Positions 37,424 to 41,510 of a stretch of DNA of 41,510 bases are shown here, in pieces. Location of the stretch: the IMG/VR virus record IMGVR_UViG_3300017766_002123, positions 1 to 41,510 of that record; one strand, given 5' to 3'. Position 1 is the stretch's first letter; the number at the start of each line of letters is the position of its first letter. Under the pieces are notes generated by a model. It saw only the letters and a program-made list of their open reading frames with translations, did no database searches and was not told where the DNA came from. The position numbers and the translations under genes were made by a program. The DNA comes from a virus (Duplodnaviria; Caudoviricetes).

Positions 37424-37451
37424 CATAAAAATATCTATAAGAAAAAATGAT

Positions 37452-37483
37452 TCCCTGCTAAAACAATAGTAGGGATTTTTTTT
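37452..37483 (+). terminator. Intrinsic terminator ending the middle operon
   Basis: TCCCTGCTA-AAACAA-TAGTAGGGA followed by T8. Confidence 0.85.
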
Positions 37484-37639
37484 GTATAAAAAATTGGAGT
37501 CTTGCCAAGTAATATAATAGAAAAATTTTTCTGTATAAAAAATGGAGTCTTGCTCGACTATTATATATAAAAAAATCTATACCAAAATCTGTAGAAAAAA
37601 TTCTATACCAGGATCTACTCCTGGATCTGCTCCTGGATC
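37483..37639. repeat. Non-coding repeat block: 2x TGTATAAAAAA(T)TGGAGTCTTGC, 2x AAAAA.TCTATACCA, 3x CCWGGATC at 12-bp period
   Basis: 37483-37505 and 37532-37553; CCWGGATC at 37608, 37620 and 37632. Confidence 0.85.
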
Positions 37640-37747
37640 AAGCCGAAACACAGCAGGATGCTATGATTAGGAATTAAACAGGAATTTGATCAAAATTTAA
37701 ACTATTTATAATCATTCTAAATGTTGTAAAAGATTGAAAAAAAACAC

Positions 37748-37785
37748 TGTGCAATGTTGCACATTAATATTTATGTATATCTTTG
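37748..37785 (+). promoter_or_regulatory. Early promoter TTG-18-TATCTTTG with palindrome TGTGCAA-TG-TTGCACA over the -33 box
   Basis: Palindrome 37748-37763; -7 box 37778-37785. Confidence 0.75.
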
Positions 37786-37820
37786 TGATATGAAATTAAA
37801 ACAACGGTTAAAATTTCAAA

Positions 37821-37883
37821 TGTTCTTTGACGTACGAAATTACAAGAATGGTTAAAATTTAGGTTCGACTCCTAAGCGTGTAA
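37821..37883 (+). ncRNA. Leader element: boxA-like TGTTCTTTGAC plus tRNA T-arm-like hairpin
   Basis: TTAGG-TTCGACT-CCTAA at 37859-37875; partial acceptor-like pairing TTACA/TGTAA. Confidence 0.5.
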
Positions 37884-37904
37884 CTAACTAAAAAAAATAA
37901 TAAT

Positions 37905-38267
37905 ATGAAATTAGAAAAAAACAAGGTGTATAACTTTATACCAGCAACAGAAAGATTTAAAGAAAAACAGCCTTTTAAAGTTGTCTTTAGACGAAAAATA
38001 AAAGATCATAGGATTTTTAATAGAATTTATGAATTTGCATATTGTCAGAATAATATGCAAGATCTATCTTTAAGCAATGTATTTTATTTAAATGAAGCAG
38101 AATTGATTCAAATAAGCGACAAAAAACAAGTTAAAGTTTATTCGATATATAAAAACGAGTATAGATTACATTTTTATCCTTGTGAAATCTATGCAAATTA
38201 TATATACAACAAGTATTTGTTTAGTGATATTAAAGTAGAGCTAAAACAAGAAATTATAAACTATTAA
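37905..38267 (+). CDS. Putative early protein, hypothetical
   Basis: First ORF of the A-rich small-gene cluster. Confidence 0.65.
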   Translation: MKLEKNKVYNFIPATERFKEKQPFKVVFRRKIKDHRIFNRIYEFAYCQNNMQDLSLSNVFYLNEAELIQISDKKQVKVYSIYKNEYRLHFYPCEIYANYIYNKYLFSDIKVELKQEIINY

Positions 38268-38277
38268 AAAAAAAGCA

Positions 38278-38547
38278 ATGAAAACAGAAAAACAATTGAT
38301 TAAAAACTTTGCCAGCTTAATTAAGCAGGAGGAAAAAAAAGAAAACAAAGACTTTACAAAGATCTTAAGATTTAAAAGAATAATAGAAATAAGAAAACAA
38401 AAGTTTTTTTGTCAGGAGTATAGAGATTACTATAATGAATATGAAGAAAAAAGATATATAATAGTTGATAAAAATGGCTTTGATTTTATCGGCGAACATT
38501 TCAACCTTGAAGAAGCAAAAAGAGAACTAAGTATTTTAAATAAATAA
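38278..38547 (+). CDS. Putative early protein, hypothetical
   Basis: Starts AAAGCAATGAAAACAGAAAA. Confidence 0.7.
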   Translation: MKTEKQLIKNFASLIKQEEKKENKDFTKILRFKRIIEIRKQKFFCQEYRDYYNEYEEKRYIIVDKNGFDFIGEHFNLEEAKRELSILNK

Positions 38548-38569
38548 TATAAACCTATAAAAAAAAGCA

Positions 38570-39004
38570 ATGAAAACAGAAAACAGAAAAACAATTGATT
38601 CATTAGTTGAAGAAATCAACAACACTTTAGGGTATGAATATATACAAGCACAAGGAAGAAATGGATATATTTATATTGACGAAGTAGCAACAGGCAACAG
38701 CATATTAAACACCGCAACAACAACAAAAGAGGTTATAATAGCTTTAAGAAGTTTCAAGAACGGAATTTATACCGAAAAAAGAAATTTATTAATTGAACCA
38801 TCCGAAAGAATGTTTATGATTGTAACAAGTACTGGAAAGCAATTTTTTTGCTACTTGAAACAATTAAACGCTGTTTGTAAAGATTTAAATCAAGGTTATT
38901 ATACAATCTTTCATTTTTGGAATAATAAACAGCAAAAAGTAACTAAAAAACATTTAAAAGAATTATTTGAAAGCCATAAATTAAAACAAAAATTTTATTA
39001 TTAA
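38570..39004 (+). CDS. Putative early protein, hypothetical
   Basis: Starts AAAGCAATGAAAACAGAAAA. Confidence 0.7.
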   Translation: MKTENRKTIDSLVEEINNTLGYEYIQAQGRNGYIYIDEVATGNSILNTATTTKEVIIALRSFKNGIYTEKRNLLIEPSERMFMIVTSTGKQFFCYLKQLNAVCKDLNQGYYTIFHFWNNKQQKVTKKHLKELFESHKLKQKFYY

Positions 39005-39025
39005 TTAACTAAACAAATAAAAGCA

Positions 39026-39241
39026 ATGAACGAAATAAATATAAATCAATTATCAATTGACTACAATAAAGCAAAAGAGAAATTAAAGGAACTATGCAAA
39101 AACGAAAAAGAGTTTACATATATGCATAACTATTTATTTGAAGAAACAGACAAATACAACACCAAATCACCTAACGAACATATACAAGACTATATTAAAG
39201 AAGTCGAAAAACTAATTAAATGTAGAATAGGAATAATTTAA
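39026..39241 (+). CDS. Putative early protein, hypothetical
   Basis: Starts AAAGCAATG. Confidence 0.7.
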   Translation: MNEININQLSIDYNKAKEKLKELCKNEKEFTYMHNYLFEETDKYNTKSPNEHIQDYIKEVEKLIKCRIGII

Positions 39242-39270
39242 AAGAATAGTATTAATAAATAGATAAAAAG

Positions 39271-39591
39271 ATGAAAAAAATTGACGAAATAGAACTATAC
39301 AGAATAATTATAGTTAAATTTTTACCAGCAACAAACAAAAGAAAAGCAAGGGTAAAACTAACAGAAAAAAAAGATGGAAACAACATCAGTAATACAGTTA
39401 CTAAAATTTTAAACTATGATATGTATGGCGGTCAATACACAGAACAAGCGTATAATTATCTATTACAGCAGGGTTTTAATGTAACAGGACGAGCATATAA
39501 CACTAAAGAATTCTATTTTATTTGCGAACGAAATCTAAACAACACAATTAATAATCATAAAGAAAAACCTTATAAAAACCCGACAATATGA
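39271..39591 (+). CDS. Putative early protein, hypothetical
   Basis: IVKFLPATN.R.ARVKL pattern. Confidence 0.7.
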   Translation: MKKIDEIELYRIIIVKFLPATNKRKARVKLTEKKDGNNISNTVTKILNYDMYGGQYTEQAYNYLLQQGFNVTGRAYNTKEFYFICERNLNNTINNHKEKPYKNPTI

Positions 39592-39743
39592 AGACATATA
39601 TAATTTTAAACGGAAAAAATCTATTTATTAGACAATACGCAACACAAGAAGAAGCAATAACATTTGCTCAAAATTATATGGATCATTCAAAGCCGATATT
39701 CATAAGAGAAATAAACGACATAAACATAAACCTAAATAATTAA
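39588..39743 (+). CDS. Small early protein (51 aa, MKTYIILNGK...), not in ORF track
   Basis: ATGA overlap with the previous gene. Confidence 0.65.
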   Translation: MKTYIILNGKNLFIRQYATQEEAITFAQNYMDHSKPIFIREINDININLNN

Positions 39744-39747
39744 GAAG

Positions 39748-39918
39748 ATGAAAACTAAAAAATATATGTTTATATACTACGATAAACAAAAGAATGAATT
39801 ACACAAAGAAACATACGAATTTGATAATATCAAAGAAGCGCGACAAATAGCAAAAGATATTTATTTCAATAGTATGCTAAATGATTTACACAAGATTAAA
39901 GTAATTAAACTAAACTAA
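39748..39918 (+). CDS. Small early protein (56 aa, MKTKKYMFIYYD...), not in ORF track
   Basis: Fills the gap on the coding strand. Confidence 0.65.
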   Translation: MKTKKYMFIYYDKQKNELHKETYEFDNIKEARQIAKDIYFNSMLNDLHKIKVIKLN

Positions 39919-39925
39919 TAACATT

Positions 39926-40162
39926 ATGAAAACAAATAAATACGTATTTGAACTAAATACAACAGCATACAAAGAAGAAAACATTCTAATACTGACAAAC
40001 ATTAATATGAATGTATTAGAAAAAGAACTAACTAAACTAATTACAAGGTATAGAAAAGAAGAATTTGACGAATATATTAACGAGGATATCATAATCTACA
40101 TAAACAAACTATATCCTGACTACCAATTTGAACAATATTCTATAGAGTATCTAAGTGTATAA
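39926..40162 (+). CDS. Putative early protein, hypothetical
   Basis: 78-aa ORF. Confidence 0.65.
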   Translation: MKTNKYVFELNTTAYKEENILILTNINMNVLEKELTKLITRYRKEEFDEYINEDIIIYINKLYPDYQFEQYSIEYLSV

Positions 40163-40220
40163 AAAATAAATTATAAAGAAATAACCAGTAATTAAGTAGT
40201 ACAATAATAATTTTAAAGAT

Positions 40221-40310
40221 ATGATTAAGTTAATTGAAGAAGTAATAAATTTAGTTTTAGTTGTAACAGTGATTGGAGTAATAATTTCAATGTTAGGAAT
40301 TAAGTTATAA
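40221..40310 (+). CDS. Tiny membrane peptide (29 aa, MIKLIEEVINLVLVVTVIGVIISMLGIKL)
   Basis: Single hydrophobic helix; A/T-rich leader. Confidence 0.45.
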   Translation: MIKLIEEVINLVLVVTVIGVIISMLGIKL

Positions 40311-40408
40311 ATTAGATAGTTAGATAAGTATAAACCTTTAAAAACATAAAAATATGAGATAAAACAAAAAGAAAAACTTGTAAAACAAATCAAATCAAAT
40401 GTAATATC

Positions 40409-40439
40409 AGCCCTTTCGTTCATTCGTTAGGGCTTTTTT
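40409..40439 (+). terminator. Intrinsic terminator ending the early cluster
   Basis: AGCCCT-14nt-AGGGCT followed by a T run. Confidence 0.75.
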
Positions 40440-40483
40440 GTTGTATCATAGTTAGTTAGGATCATATCCAGTACATTCCTGAT

Positions 40484-40497
40484 GCAGATCCAGGAGT
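40484..40497 (-). repeat. 14-bp perfect inverted copy of 37617-37630 (ACTCCTGGATCTGC)
   Basis: GCAGATCCAGGAGT is its reverse complement. Confidence 0.85.
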
Positions 40498-40917
40498 GAA
40501 TACAAACCCGAAAATCCAACACTTTAAAGTTGATCCTTTTTCTTTGTATCCACACGGTGGAGCAACCGCACTTTTATATTAATAATCAATCAATTACAAA
40601 AAGCCTATTTCTGTCAAATTCGAATACATTTATCAATGTGTTAGGCTTATTATAATGAATAGACCCCACCCCATTGCTCGTGGAAAAAGTGAGATTATAC
40701 ATTTCCCCTCCTCTAAAAAATTTTCAAAAAAATCAAATGCAAATTAACGTCATTCACTACATATCTATTGAAAGATCGTTTTACGTGTGTTTTATGCGAT
40801 TTAAGAAACTTTCTTGTATCTTAGGTATAAAGAGTAGGGTGGGGTTATTTTGAATCGTTAAATCAAATATGTGGGAAAAAAATTTCTGTGAAAAATTGAA
40901 TGTAATTTTGTGTAAGA

Positions 40918-40949
40918 TTTGTTTTTTTAATTAATAATAAATAGATTTG
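40918..40949 (+). promoter_or_regulatory. Promoter TTTG-20-TAGATTTG
   Basis: Consensus Bacteroidota boxes upstream of the SSB gene. Confidence 0.75.
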
Positions 40950-40978
40950 TTTCATTATTAATTTAAAGTAGTAGAATT

Positions 40979-41356
40979 ATGGAATTAAAAGGTACATTAA
41001 AGAAGATTAATCAGGTGGTTAATGTTTCGGAAAAGTTTAAGAAAAGGGAATTTGTGGTTAGTATTACAGAGGATAAGTTTCCACAAGACATCTTATTGCA
41101 GTTAAGCCAAGACAACGTTGATTTGGTTGATGAGTTTGTGTTGGGCGATGAGGTTAATGTTGGTTTTAACTTGAGAGGTAGAGAGTGGGTAAACCCTAAA
41201 GATGGTGTGGTTAGATATTTCAATACTTTGGAAGCGTGGAGAGTTAGTAAGGTTACTAAAGTAAAGGCTGAAGTTCCAGTAGCGAAACCGAGTGGTATTG
41301 TTAAGAACTTTCAGGAAGATATGATTAATGAAATGACTGATGATTTACCATTTTGA
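40979..41356 (+). CDS. DUF3127-family OB-fold single-stranded DNA-binding protein
   Basis: FKKREFV...D.FPQ.I...V.FNLRGREW...YFNTLEAWR; C-terminal DDLPF. Confidence 0.88.
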   Translation: MELKGTLKKINQVVNVSEKFKKREFVVSITEDKFPQDILLQLSQDNVDLVDEFVLGDEVNVGFNLRGREWVNPKDGVVRYFNTLEAWRVSKVTKVKAEVPVAKPSGIVKNFQEDMINEMTDDLPF

Positions 41357-41368
41357 TTTGTTTTAGTT

Positions 41369-41510
41369 ATGCATAGATTTTATTTGACAGATGGTTCGTT
41401 TTACGATACTAAATTGAGTGATGAAATGAATTTAGATTTTTTGACAGAGTTCTTATGTGGTGGTGCAGGTTTTATTTTGATTGATGCTACTTGTGGTCAG
41501 GTGTGTTTGA
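41369..41510 (+). CDS. Hypothetical 58-aa protein spanning the circular junction (ends at 158)
   Basis: MHRFYLTDGSFYDTKLSDEM...NKSAIVKIIKL* reads through the terminal repeat. Confidence 0.7.
   Translation, partial: MHRFYLTDGSFYDTKLSDEMNLDFLTEFLCGGAGFILIDATCGQVCL
41388..41510. repeat. Terminal direct repeat, copy 2
   Basis: Identical to 1-123. Confidence 0.95.

Noticed and set aside
37483-37640. Possible CRISPR mini-array
   Set aside because: Only two copies of each longer repeat, irregular spacing, three different repeat types, and no cas genes.
37840-37883. Functional tRNA gene
   Set aside because: T-arm present but no anticodon arm, weak acceptor stem and no CCA; reported as tRNA-like only.
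912-41223. Minus-strand ORFs other than the portal (e.g. 6849-7442, 11506-11811, 29785-30138) and + ORFs 4511-4750, 19397-19582
   Set aside because: Shadow frames of well-supported genes, with F/L/S-rich antisense composition and no motifs.
155-41356. Stop-codon reassignment, introns or inteins
   Set aside because: Core genes are full-length in the standard code, and TAA, TAG and TGA all act as stops; TerL, helicase and ThyX have normal sizes.

Overview
This window is a complete, circularly assembled genome of a tailed dsDNA phage. Bases 1-123 are identical to 41388-41510, so the unit genome is about 41,387 bp. It is AT-rich and probably a siphovirus (HK97-fold capsid, 1385-aa tape measure protein). 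The host is inferred to be Bacteroidota, probably Flavobacteriia-like, from many TTTG-N18-22-TAnnTTTG promoters and A/T-rich translation starts without Shine-Dalgarno motifs. Modules: packaging (TerS, TerL, and a portal gene that is the only credible minus-strand gene), head and tail, three candidate receptor-binding proteins, lysis (GAF-domain T-like holin, small 2-TM protein, M15 endolysin), replication (initiator with internal iterons, DnaB-like helicase, DUF3127 SSB), recombination (NinG, Erf, YqaJ), C5 methyltransferase, ThyX, MazG, RlpA, and a cluster of small putative early genes. I found no integrase or repressor. The most unusual signals are non-coding. (1) A ~70-nt sRNA gene between terL and portal has its own promoter and terminator and is antisense to an AAAGCAAT motif overlapping the start codons of five early/middle genes. 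(2) Integron attC-like sites bound a gene cassette whose start codon lies inside the site, with no integrase in the genome. (3) A two-hairpin kissing-loop leader RNA precedes the replication genes. (4) A ~2.9-kb early island is bracketed by a 14-bp inverted repeat built from overlapping CCWGG/GATC sites, is headed by a boxA-like plus tRNA-T-arm leader, and lies next to a sharp strand-composition switch. All calls come from manual reading; no database searches or folding programs were run.
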